Assembly: GCA_007695005.1 (NCBI GenBank)
Contig: REEQ01000042.1
Span: forward strand, 2,146 to 66,145
Origin: Wenzhouxiangellaceae bacterium
GTDB lineage: Bacteria > Pseudomonadota > Gammaproteobacteria > Xanthomonadales > Wenzhouxiangellaceae
DNA length: 64,000 bases
Direction of reading: 5' to 3'
Below, one piece after another: positions 40,969-49,689 of this stretch. A model generated the notes under the pieces. The model was not told where the DNA came from. It saw only the letters and a program-made list of their open reading frames with translations, and searched no databases. The stretch's first letter is position 1. Every line of letters starts with the position of its first letter. The position numbers and the translations under genes were made by a program.

Positions 40969-42729
40969 ATGGCGGCTGACACCCGTCATGCGCGGCTGGT
41001 GGAGAAGGCCGCAGGCGCGCTGAAATCAGCCTTCGAGGACTATAACGCAAGCTTCTCCGACATTACCCGCCGGGCTCGCCGGCGTTTCGAGCAGTCCGAC
41101 CGGCGTGGTATGCAACGAGATGTGATTGCCCGTCTGGAGCTCTACGATCGTTCGGCGGACCGCGCCATCAGTCAGCTCGAAGCGCATTTGAGCGAACGCC
41201 TGTTTTCGCGCAGCTTGTGGCGAGATATTCGGCGAATCTATGGGCGGCTGATCGACGTCGAGATCGATGCTGAACTCTACAAGACCTTTTTCAATACCGT
41301 CACCCGGCGCCTGTTCAAGACCCGGGGGGTGGATCCGGCGATCGAGTTTGTCGCTCTGGACATTATTCCCACTGATCGGATCAGCCACCCTGTTGCCCGC
41401 CGCACTCATTCAGTCAGCGGGCGACTGGATCGGGTGTTTGTCGAGATCCTCGCCGACCAGCACTTCAGGCAGCCCTGGGCGGATCTGAGTGCCGACTCAC
41501 TGGCGCTGGCTGATCGCTTGAGCCAGGCCTTCCTGGAACGCGGCGAGGACCAGGTTGTTGCACTGGAACTGCTGGATGTGGTGTTTTACCGCGAGGGTCG
41601 GGCGTACCTGATTGGCCGCGCTTTCGGAGCGGGCAGCTTTCTGCCTTGCGTGGTCGCCCTGAGCTGTCGTGACGGGCTGATTCACGCTGAGGCGCTGCTG
41701 ACGCAGCGGCAGCAGGTCAGCATTCTGTTCGGCTATACCTTCAGCTACTTCCTTGCAGACTTGCAGACCGTGGGTGACACCGTGGTTTTCTTGCGCACCC
41801 TGCTGCCAGACAAGCCGCTGGACGAACTGTACACGGTACTGGGGAGGGCCAAACAGGGCAAGACCGAGCGTTTTCGGCGCATTTTTCGCCATATCGAGAT
41901 CTGCCCGGAGGATCGTCTGGTCGAAGCGGACGGGCAGCGCGGCCTGGTGATGCTGGTCTTTACCCTGCCTGGTGTGCCGGTGGTCTTCAAGCTGATCCGG
42001 GACCGCTTCGCGCCGGTGAAGAAGTTTGGTCGCCGCCAGGTGCTGGACCGCTACCGACTGGTGTTTCGGCACGATCGGGTCGGTCGCCTGATTGACGCCC
42101 AGGAGTTCCGCGATCTGCGCTTTCCTCTGGACCGGGTGTCAGCGGCGCTGCTGACCGAGCTGCAGTCGGAGTGTGCAAGAATCATCGAGGTCGACGGCGA
42201 CAGCCTGGTGGTCAGGCACTGTTACGTTGAGCGCCGCCTGCGCCCGCTGGACCTTTACTTGAAGGAAAATGATGGTCCGGCAGCCGAGCTGGCGGTACTT
42301 GACTATGCTCAGGCCCTGAAGGACCTGGCCCGCTCCAACATCTTCGCCGGCGACTTGCTGCCGAAGAATTTCGGAGTGACCCGCGCCGGCCGGGTCATTT
42401 TCTACGACTACGATGAGCTCCGTTTGATGTCGGAGTGTCAATTCCGAAAGCTGCCGCCCTCACGCGATGACTTGTTCGAATTCAGCGACGAGCCCTGGTT
42501 TCATATCGGCGACAACGATGTATTTCCCGAACAGTTTCCGCGCTTCATGGGTTTGAGCCAGGGTCATCTGGACCTGCTTGCCAGCACGCACGGAGAGCTG
42601 TTCGATCCTGCCTGGTGGCAGGAGGTTCAAGTTAGGCTGGCCGACGGCGGCACGCTGGACGTGCCGCCGTTTGGTCCGGAGGCGAGATTGGGTCAGCCCG
42701 GGGGAGCGGTCGGGGGCGGTGATCCGTAG
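40969..42729 (+). CDS. aceK: Bifunctional isocitrate dehydrogenase kinase/phosphatase
   Basis: 586 aa, collinear with AceK from the N-terminus (FEDYNASFSDITRRARRRFEQSD) to the C-terminal kinase core (VIFYDYDEL...DVFPEQF). Confidence 0.88.
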   Translation: MAADTRHARLVEKAAGALKSAFEDYNASFSDITRRARRRFEQSDRRGMQRDVIARLELYDRSADRAISQLEAHLSERLFSRSLWRDIRRIYGRLIDVEIDAELYKTFFNTVTRRLFKTRGVDPAIEFVALDIIPTDRISHPVARRTHSVSGRLDRVFVEILADQHFRQPWADLSADSLALADRLSQAFLERGEDQVVALELLDVVFYREGRAYLIGRAFGAGSFLPCVVALSCRDGLIHAEALLTQRQQVSILFGYTFSYFLADLQTVGDTVVFLRTLLPDKPLDELYTVLGRAKQGKTERFRRIFRHIEICPEDRLVEADGQRGLVMLVFTLPGVPVVFKLIRDRFAPVKKFGRRQVLDRYRLVFRHDRVGRLIDAQEFRDLRFPLDRVSAALLTELQSECARIIEVDGDSLVVRHCYVERRLRPLDLYLKENDGPAAELAVLDYAQALKDLARSNIFAGDLLPKNFGVTRAGRVIFYDYDELRLMSECQFRKLPPSRDDLFEFSDEPWFHIGDNDVFPEQFPRFMGLSQGHLDLLASTHGELFDPAWWQEVQVRLADGGTLDVPPFGPEARLGQPGGAVGGGDP

Positions 42730-43049
42730 CGGTTGTCGCCATCACTGCCGGGCAGAGCCAGCAGAATGATCAGAATGATCCCGCCGACCAGGGGGATCAA
42801 GCCGATGAGCAGAAACCAGCCGCTCTTGTCCGTGTCGTGCAAGCGCCTGGCAGCGGCTGCCAGATAGGGCACCAGGGTACCCAGCGCATAGACCAGGTAA
42901 ATCAGGTTGAAGAAGCTGAATCGGGCGGCCAGTATGGCGAGCACGACCAGGATGATGAAATGGATGAGAAAAAACATCCAGAATTCCGAGCGGCTGGCGC
43001 GGCCTGAGAATTCCGCATATTTCTTGAGGACTGCGAGATACCAGTTCAT
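42693..43049 (-). CDS. DUF805 family inner-membrane protein
   Basis: VLKKYAEFSGRASRSEFWMFFL signature, RRLHDTDKSGW and a C-terminal GDNRYG. The 3' end overlaps aceK by 37 nt (convergent). Confidence 0.85.
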   Translation of the reverse strand: MNWYLAVLKKYAEFSGRASRSEFWMFFLIHFIILVVLAILAARFSFFNLIYLVYALGTLVPYLAAAARRLHDTDKSGWFLLIGLIPLVGGIILIILLALPGSDGDNRYGSPPPTAPPG

Positions 43050-43228
43050 GCGTGTAACTCCCTAAAATCTAAACTGATTATGGTTTGACGTTCCCCTTTG
43101 GCGGGGGGGGCTGCTTACCCTGCTGTTCGATAGTACGCCTTTTGACGACCGCTCGGCAATTCCCGCACGTTTTTGATGGATATTTCCTGTTAGGGTGAAG
43201 GCCACCGCATTCATCCCATCTTGGATGA

Positions 43229-43966
43229 ATGCCCAAAGTATCGACGCTGAATGACATTGCAATGACCAGTACTGCCAAACATAGCCCCAATCATCACTGG
43301 CCGCTTCTGGCAGCGCTTGCTACCATCGGCTTCGTGCTGCTGGCGTGGTTGAAGCATTCCGGGCCGCTTGCGGCCATGGATCAGTATCTGTTGCTGCTGA
43401 TGCAGACAGGTGGCGAGCATGTCGGTCCCGGCGGTCCGGCATGGTTGCGCGAAGCCGGGCGGGATCTGACCGCACTGGGCAGCATGAGCGTCCTGGTTCT
43501 GAGTACGGTCGCCGCCCTCGGCTGGCTCTGGCTGCTGGGCCTGTGGCGCAGCGGTGCGCTGGCGCTTGCTGCAATCTCCGGCGGCACGGCACTGAGTTTC
43601 CTGCTGAAGATGTTTTTCAGTCGACCACGGCCTGATCTGCTGTCCGAGCCGGTCCAGGTTTTTACCAGTTCCTTCCCAAGCAGTCATGCAATGGCCTCGC
43701 TGGTGACATATTTCATTCTGGGCTGGTTGGTCGGGCGTGGATTGCGCTCAGTCAGCTTGCGCCGGTATGTCATTTTCTGCGCGTTGGGCGTGAGTCTGAT
43801 TGCCGGTCTCAGCCGGGTGTATCTTGGCGTCCATTGGCCGTCCGATGTCATTGCCGGCTGGCTGGCCGGCCTGGCGTGGCTGGCGCTGTGTGCGTGGTTG
43901 CTGAGAGGCAGGGCAGGCAAGTGGGCCAGCCGGGATCGCTGGCTGGCGAGTTCATCGCCCGGCTGA
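43229..43966 (+). CDS. PAP2-family lipid phosphatase
   Basis: KxxxxxxRP (KMFFSRPRP), PSSH and SRVYLGVHWPSDV acid-phosphatase motifs. Polytopic membrane protein. An alternative start at 43262 is possible. Confidence 0.85.
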   Translation: MPKVSTLNDIAMTSTAKHSPNHHWPLLAALATIGFVLLAWLKHSGPLAAMDQYLLLLMQTGGEHVGPGGPAWLREAGRDLTALGSMSVLVLSTVAALGWLWLLGLWRSGALALAAISGGTALSFLLKMFFSRPRPDLLSEPVQVFTSSFPSSHAMASLVTYFILGWLVGRGLRSVSLRRYVIFCALGVSLIAGLSRVYLGVHWPSDVIAGWLAGLAWLALCAWLLRGRAGKWASRDRWLASSSPG

Positions 43967-43975
43967 GCTCACACC

Positions 43976-44791
43976 ATGCTGCGAAAACCCATGTTCATCG
44001 CTGGCCGCTCAATGGTCGAAATTCTTGCCCGCCTCGGATATGTCGCCAAGGGGCTGATTTTCCTTGCCGTCGGGGTACTGGCGCTGCTTGCCTTGTTTGG
44101 CTTTGCCGAAGGCAGGGTCACCGGGACGGGTGGGGCCATCCATGTCATCGGCAGACAGATGCCCGGTCGATGGGGATTCAGTCTGCTTGCTCTCGGGCTG
44201 GGCGGGCACGTCTTCTGGCGGCTTTACCAGGCCTTTCTGGACCCGGCGGAGAAGGGGCGAAGCTGGCTGGCATTGATTCAGCGCAGCGGCTTTCTCGTCA
44301 GTGCATGTATCTACGGATCGATGCTGCTGGTAACCATCAGTGCGCTGACCGGGCTGGTTTCCAACCCGGCTGACTCGGCGGATTTCGCAGACCGCGCGCT
44401 CTCCTGGCCCGGTGGGCGGTTTGCCGTTGGTGTGCTTGGCCTGGGCGTGATCGGCGTGGGCTTGTATCAGGGCTGGCGTGCACTGTTCCAGCCGTTTCGC
44501 GACAAATGGGCTGCGCCTGAGTCGATAGCCTGGGTGCTGGCGCCGCTGGCCTGGATGAGCTCGCTGGGCATTGGCATACGTGCCTTGTTGTTCGTCTTTC
44601 TGGGCTGGGCCGCGATCCGGACAGGCTGGCTGGCCAGCAGCGACGAGCTGGCGGACCTTGCCTCCACGCTGTGGCGGCTGTTCAGTCGCGACCAGTTTGG
44701 GGGGCTGATGCTCGGTGTGACCGCGGTCGGGCTGTCGTTGTACGGAGTATATTGTCTGACGAATGCCGCGCTGCGGCGCATCGAAACCTGA
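43976..44791 (+). CDS. DUF1206 domain membrane protein
   Basis: Repeated GY(V/I)AKG...G TM-pair modules typical of DUF1206. Lies 9 nt after the PAP2 gene. Confidence 0.7.
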   Translation: MLRKPMFIAGRSMVEILARLGYVAKGLIFLAVGVLALLALFGFAEGRVTGTGGAIHVIGRQMPGRWGFSLLALGLGGHVFWRLYQAFLDPAEKGRSWLALIQRSGFLVSACIYGSMLLVTISALTGLVSNPADSADFADRALSWPGGRFAVGVLGLGVIGVGLYQGWRALFQPFRDKWAAPESIAWVLAPLAWMSSLGIGIRALLFVFLGWAAIRTGWLASSDELADLASTLWRLFSRDQFGGLMLGVTAVGLSLYGVYCLTNAALRRIET

Positions 44792-44807
44792 CACGGCGTA
44801 CCAGAAC

Positions 44808-45677
44808 ATGTCCATAGCCAGCTTGCTGTTGAGTAACCCGGGAAGCCGTTCGGGCGATACCCGCCTGGACGAAGTCGCTGATCGTCTCGAGCGCTTGGGC
44901 AAGCTGATTCGCATTCAGCCCGAGACCCCCGAAGAATTGCCCGAGGCCATCAGGGAACATGGCAAACAAGTTGACCAGGTCGTGCTGGGCGGTGGTGATG
45001 GTTCTGTCAATCTCGCCCTGGATGCGCTGATCGAAGTCAATCGTCCGCTTGGCCTGCTGCCGCTGGGGACGGCCAATGATCTGGCCCGCTCCCTGTCCAT
45101 TCCCGAAGACATCAACGCGGCGATGGATATCATCACTCGCGGACATCTGCGCCGGATCGATGTGGCCAGGGCCAACGATGTCAGTTTTGTCAATGCGATT
45201 GGCATGGGCCTGGGGCCACGCATGACCCGCGAGATGGACGGCGACATCAAGCAGCGATTCGGCGTACTGGCCTATTTGATTGGCGTCGTCCGGGCGCTGC
45301 GTGGGCAGCGCTGCTTTGCCGCCGAGGTCAGCGACCAGCGCCGTCGCCGTGTTGGTCGTTTTCTGCAGATTACGGTTGCCAATGGCATTCACTACGGGGG
45401 CGGCATGACCGTCTCCGAGGACGCCAAGCTGGATGATGGCATGCTGGATGTGCTGCTGGTCGAGCGGCAGAGTCGACTCAGCCTGCTGCTCAACGCCCTG
45501 CGTTTTCGTACCGGCCAGACCCGGGGCGCTGACAATGTCATTCACTGGCGCTGTCGCGAGCTGCAGGTAGAGACTCGCCCAGCCTTGGAGATCACGGCCG
45601 ACGGCGAGTTTCTGACCCGAACGCCGGTCAGCTGTAGCGTATGTCCGGGGGCTTTGGGCGTTTTTGCCCCGGAATGA
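44808..45677 (+). CDS. Lipid kinase, diacylglycerol-kinase catalytic-domain family (YegS/BmrU-like)
   Basis: GGGDGSVN nucleotide-binding motif and LGLLPLGTANDLAR. ATG at 44808. Confidence 0.82.
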   Translation: MSIASLLLSNPGSRSGDTRLDEVADRLERLGKLIRIQPETPEELPEAIREHGKQVDQVVLGGGDGSVNLALDALIEVNRPLGLLPLGTANDLARSLSIPEDINAAMDIITRGHLRRIDVARANDVSFVNAIGMGLGPRMTREMDGDIKQRFGVLAYLIGVVRALRGQRCFAAEVSDQRRRRVGRFLQITVANGIHYGGGMTVSEDAKLDDGMLDVLLVERQSRLSLLLNALRFRTGQTRGADNVIHWRCRELQVETRPALEITADGEFLTRTPVSCSVCPGALGVFAPE

Positions 45678-45705
45678 AAACCGATGACACCGAAGGAGAC
45701 TGTCG

Positions 45706-46140
45706 ATGGCGCTGATCAGCTCGGATGAAGATGCGGCCCTGCTCGAGGCAGGTCTGCTCAGTCGCTCTCTGTCGCGTCGCTATCGCCAGGCGGTAGCAGA
45801 GCTGCTGGAGCCGGGGATGGGGCGTGAGCACCTGGCTGGGCGCCTGGCAGAGCATGAACAGGCCCAGCAGCTGCTCGATGAGCTGTGCCGGCAGGCCGGG
45901 CTATTGCCGCGGGATGGCGATGGTGAGCTTGACGACCTGCGCCGGCTCGGAGACTGGGTGCTTGGCCAGCTCGACCAGACCGCGGAGCAGCGCTTGCTCC
46001 GGCAGTTTGTTGCCGAAGAGCAGAACTTCCTGTCCGAGCTGGCCAAGGCCGAGGGCGGCGACCAGCGCGCAGGCGCACTGGACAGCCTGCTGACGCAGAC
46101 ACGCCGCTTTATCGAAGTTTCGGACGCATACCTCGGCTGA
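45706..46140 (+). CDS. Hypothetical acidic helical protein
   Basis: 144-aa ORF with no recognisable family. Confidence 0.45.
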   Translation: MALISSDEDAALLEAGLLSRSLSRRYRQAVAELLEPGMGREHLAGRLAEHEQAQQLLDELCRQAGLLPRDGDGELDDLRRLGDWVLGQLDQTAEQRLLRQFVAEEQNFLSELAKAEGGDQRAGALDSLLTQTRRFIEVSDAYLG

Positions 46141-46143
46141 GCC

Positions 46144-47328
46144 TTACCCAGCCAGCGCCTTTTCGATGCGTACAACTGCGTCCTTCAGGGTATCGAGGTC
46201 GCAGGCAAAGGACAGCCGCAGGTGACCCGGGGCGCCGAATGCGGTTCCCGGCACTGTCGCAACACCGGCATGTTCCAGCAGATGCTCCGCGAGCGCCAGG
46301 TCATCAGCCAGTCCCATCTTCTCGATGGCAACGGAAAAGTCGGCAAAGGCATAAAACGCGCCCTGACCGGGTGCGCAGGTCACGCCCTCGATGGCATCCA
46401 GCGCCGGAATCAGCCAGTCGTGACGCGCCTTGAAGGCCTTGCCCATGTCGGCTACGCAGCTCTGGTCGCCGTTCAACGCAGCCACGGCGGCGGCCTGCGC
46501 AACCGAGCAGGGGTTGGATGTGCTCTGGCCCTGAATCTTGCGCATTTCCTTGATCAGTTCGGCTGGTCCTGCGGCATAGCCGATGCGCCAGCCGGTCATG
46601 GCATAGGCCTTGGAAACGCCGTTGATGACCACGCAGCGATCTTTCAGCGCCGGCACCACCTGAGGCAGTGTGTGGAATGCTTCATCGGCCCACCAGATAT
46701 GCTCGTAGATGTCGTCGGTGCAGATCACGATGCGCGGATGCTCAAGCAGCACCTCGCCCAGCTCGGCCAACTGGCGGCGGCTGTAGGCTCTGCCGGTCGG
46801 GTTGGATGGCGAATTGAAGATCAGCAGGCGCGTCTGTTCGGTTATGGATGCCTCGAGCTGGCCGGGCGTGATCAGATAGTCGGTCTTGGCCGTGGTGTTG
46901 AGGATGACCGGATCGGCATCGGCCAGACGCACCATGTCAGGGTAGGAAACCCAGTAGGGTGCGGGAATCAGTACCTCGTCACCATCATTCAGCAGCGCCT
47001 GCAGCAGGTTGTAGATGGCCTGCTTCGCGCCACAGGAAACCAGGATCTGGGCAGCTTGGTAATCGAGCCCGTTGTCGCGGGATAGCTTGCCGATCACGGC
47101 TTGCTTGAGCGCAGGCGTGCCGTCAACGGCCGTGTAGCGGGTCTGGCCACCTTCAATGGCCTCGATGGCCGCCTGGCGTATATGTGCCGGCGTGTCGAAA
47201 TCCGGCTCGCCCATGCTCAAGGAAATGATCGACTTCCCCTGGGCCTTCAGTTCGGCGGCCTTCATGCTCATGGCGATGGTCGCTGACGGTCTGACCTGGG
47301 CGACTCGGGATGACAGGCGGATGCTCAC
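46144..47328 (-). CDS. Pyridoxal-phosphate-dependent aminotransferase (aspartate aminotransferase class I)
   Basis: SIRLSSRVAQVRPSATIAMSMKAAELKAQGKSIISLSMGEPDFDTP... and SKAYAMTGWRIGY (PLP lysine). GTG start at 47328 after GGGAGAA. The 757-aa ORF-track call runs on antisense to uvrB and is rejected. Confidence 0.88.
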   Translation of the reverse strand: MSIRLSSRVAQVRPSATIAMSMKAAELKAQGKSIISLSMGEPDFDTPAHIRQAAIEAIEGGQTRYTAVDGTPALKQAVIGKLSRDNGLDYQAAQILVSCGAKQAIYNLLQALLNDGDEVLIPAPYWVSYPDMVRLADADPVILNTTAKTDYLITPGQLEASITEQTRLLIFNSPSNPTGRAYSRRQLAELGEVLLEHPRIVICTDDIYEHIWWADEAFHTLPQVVPALKDRCVVINGVSKAYAMTGWRIGYAAGPAELIKEMRKIQGQSTSNPCSVAQAAAVAALNGDQSCVADMGKAFKARHDWLIPALDAIEGVTCAPGQGAFYAFADFSVAIEKMGLADDLALAEHLLEHAGVATVPGTAFGAPGHLRLSFACDLDTLKDAVVRIEKALAG

Positions 47329-47394
47329 GGAGGTTCTCCCTACTGGTGGATGGTTGCCGCCGCCGCGATGATGTGACGGTGCCATAATTATAGT

Positions 47395-49410
47395 ATGACC
47401 CGTCGTTTCCGAATGGCATCCGGCTACGAGCCCGCCGGTGATCAGCCCGAGGCCATCCAGACCCTGGTCCAGGGGCTGGAGGCAGGGCATTCGCACCTCA
47501 CCCTGCTCGGCGTGACCGGCTCCGGCAAGACCTTCACCATGGCCAACGTAATCGAGCGGGTACAGCGTCCGGCCCTGGTGATGGCGCCGAACAAGACCCT
47601 GGCTGCCCAGCTGTACGGTGAGTTCAAGTCCTTTTTCCCCGACAACGCGGTCGAATATTTCGTCAGTTACTACGACTACTACCAGCCCGAGGCCTACGTG
47701 CCCTCGACCGACACATTCATCGAGAAGGATGCGTCGATCAACGAGCATATCGAGCAGATGCGGCTGTCGGCGACCAAGGCCTTGCTGGAGCGCCCGGACT
47801 CGCTGATCGTGGCCACGGTGTCGGCGATCTACGGTCTCGGTGATCCCAGCTCTTTTTTGAAGATGACCTTGCCGCTGCAGGTTGGTGCGCGCATGGGCCA
47901 GCGCGAGATTCTCAGACGGCTGGCCGAAATGCAGTATTCGCGCAATGACTTCGAGCTGCGACGCGGCACTTACCGGGTGCGAGGAGAAGTCATCGACCTG
48001 TTTCCCGGAGACTCCGAGATGGAGGCCGTGCGGGTAGAGCTGTTTGATGAAGAGATCGAGCGCATCAGCCAGTTTGATCCGCTGACCGGGGAAGTTCACA
48101 GGAAACTCGACGAGCTGACCATCTTCCCGAAGACGCACTATGTGACGCCGCGCCAGGTAGTGCTTGATGCCATCGACGCAATCAAGGCTGAACTGAAAGA
48201 GCGACTGGTGCAGCTGGAGAGCGCCGGGAAGTTGCTGGAAGCGCAACGCATCAAGCAGCGCACCCAGTTCGACATTGAAATGATGCTGGAACTGGGCTAC
48301 TGCCAGGGCATTGAAAACTACTCTCGCCATCTGACCGGGCGCCAGCCGGGCGAGCCGCCGCCAACCCTGTTTGACTATCTGCCGCGCGATGCCATCCTGA
48401 TTGCTGACGAATCCCACGTAACCATCCCGCAGATAGGCGGCATGTATCGTGGTGACCGGGCGCGCAAGGAAACCTTGGTGGAATTTGGTTTTCGGCTGCC
48501 TTCGGCAATGGACAACCGCCCCTTGCGCTTTGAAGAGTTCGAGGAGCGCGCGCCGCAGATGGTGCTGGTCTCGGCGACTCCGCGGCCGTGGGAGCTGGAG
48601 CGATCTGCCCTGATCGCCGAGCAGGTGGTGCGCCCGACCGGGCTGATTGACCCCGAGGTTGAAGTGCGTCCGGTGTCAACCCAGGTTGATGATCTGCTGT
48701 CGGAGATTGCCGATCGGGTCGGGCAGGGTGATCGCGTGCTGGTCACCACCCTGACCAAGCGCATGGCCGAAAACCTGACCGAATACCTGAGCGAACACGA
48801 TGTGCGGGTGCGGTACCTGCACTCCGATATCGACACCGTCGAGCGGGTCGAAATCATCCGCGATCTTCGGCTGGGCGCTTTCGATGTGCTGGTCGGTATC
48901 AACCTGCTGCGCGAGGGCCTGGACATGCCCGAGGTCTCTCTGGTGGCGATCCTGGATGCTGACAAGGAAGGCTTTCTGCGTTCCGAAGGCTCGCTGATTC
49001 AGACCATCGGTCGGGCGGCACGCAATGTGCGCGGCAAGGCCATTTTGTACGCCGACAAGCTGACTGATTCGATGCGCCGGGCGATTGATGAAACCGAGCG
49101 GCGCCGGGCCAAGCAGGTTGCCCACAACCAGGCCCATGGCATCACGCCGCAGACCATCGTCAAGAACATTGCCGACATCATGGCCGATGCGCACAAGGTG
49201 CCGGGCAAGAAGAAGGCTCGCAGGGCCGCCGAGCCGAAAGCCGACTACGGTTTCGACCCGATGTCGCCGGACCAGGCGGCGCGTGAAATCGCCAAGCTGG
49301 AAAAGGAAATGTTCAAGGCGGCCGAAAACCTGGAATTCGAGACGGCCGCCAAGCTGCGCGATCGCATCAAGCAGCTCCGCGAGCAAGGTTTGGGGCTGGC
49401 CCAGGCCTGA
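47395..49410 (+). CDS. uvrB: Excinuclease ABC subunit B
   Basis: [23 protein letters not shown] and the C-terminal UVR motif ([14 protein letters not shown]). Confidence 0.95.
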   Translation: MTRRFRMASGYEPAGDQPEAIQTLVQGLEAGHSHLTLLGVTGSGKTFTMANVIERVQRPALVMAPNKTLAAQLYGEFKSFFPDNAVEYFVSYYDYYQPEAYVPSTDTFIEKDASINEHIEQMRLSATKALLERPDSLIVATVSAIYGLGDPSSFLKMTLPLQVGARMGQREILRRLAEMQYSRNDFELRRGTYRVRGEVIDLFPGDSEMEAVRVELFDEEIERISQFDPLTGEVHRKLDELTIFPKTHYVTPRQVVLDAIDAIKAELKERLVQLESAGKLLEAQRIKQRTQFDIEMMLELGYCQGIENYSRHLTGRQPGEPPPTLFDYLPRDAILIADESHVTIPQIGGMYRGDRARKETLVEFGFRLPSAMDNRPLRFEEFEERAPQMVLVSATPRPWELERSALIAEQVVRPTGLIDPEVEVRPVSTQVDDLLSEIADRVGQGDRVLVTTLTKRMAENLTEYLSEHDVRVRYLHSDIDTVERVEIIRDLRLGAFDVLVGINLLREGLDMPEVSLVAILDADKEGFLRSEGSLIQTIGRAARNVRGKAILYADKLTDSMRRAIDETERRRAKQVAHNQAHGITPQTIVKNIADIMADAHKVPGKKKARRAAEPKADYGFDPMSPDQAAREIAKLEKEMFKAAENLEFETAAKLRDRIKQLREQGLGLAQA

Positions 49411-49421
49411 GTGGGCCGCTG

Positions 49422-49442
49422 GCTGCCGCGGCGGGCAGTTTT
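49422..49442 (+). terminator. Candidate intrinsic terminator after uvrB
   Basis: Short stem CTGCC-gcggcg-GGCAG (49423-49438) followed by TTTT (49439-49442). Confidence 0.4.
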
Positions 49443-49674
49443 ACTCGGTTTCCTGGCGCTGAGCGCTGTTGGTCGTGCTGCCCCAGTCGGGAACGGTCAC
49501 CGCCCAGATCAAGGCCAGTATCCAGCCGATGCCGAACAACGGCAGGCCGAGGATATTGAGCAGAGCCAACCGCCCCTTATGAGGGTGACCGCGCCAGAGG
49601 CCGATGAAAATGGGCAGGAGCAGAAACGGCAGGCTGAATGCCAGGCCGATCAGAATCTCGTTCAGGGTAAGCAT
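49441..49674 (-). CDS. Small two-TM membrane protein (resembles the superinfection-immunity Imm family, PF14373-like)
   Basis: 77 aa. LLPIFIGLWRGHPHKGRLALLNILGLPLFGIGWILALIWA resembles the family motif recalled from memory. Not verifiable here. Confidence 0.5.
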   Translation of the reverse strand: MLTLNEILIGLAFSLPFLLLPIFIGLWRGHPHKGRLALLNILGLPLFGIGWILALIWAVTVPDWGSTTNSAQRQETE

Positions 49675-49689
49675 GGGACGAAAAGGTGG

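Noticed and set aside
40767-40979. 70-aa plus-strand ORF in the 228-nt region upstream of aceK
   Set aside because: No RBS, odd composition and no family match. The region is more likely the aceK 5' UTR/promoter. No riboswitch class was recognisable.
43078-43290. Small Cys-containing minus-strand ORF (…WDECGGLHPNRKYPSKTCGNCRAVVKRR…QPPPPKG) containing a C8/G8 homopolymer at 43103-43110
   Set aside because: No SD precedes either Met. It overlaps the PAP2 gene start and the divergent promoter region, and no family is recognised. The G8 tract is noted, but there is no evidence for phase variation.
47341-47360. TACTGGTGGATGGTTG upstream of uvrB as a LexA box
   Set aside because: It begins like TACTG but lacks the second half-site (CAGTA), so it is not a dyad.
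46144-48417. 757-aa minus-strand ORF in the six-frame track
   Set aside because: Only the C-terminal 395 aa (46144-47328, GTG start after an RBS) match an aminotransferase. The N-terminal part runs antisense through uvrB, a well-supported gene, and looks like a typical GC-rich shadow ORF.
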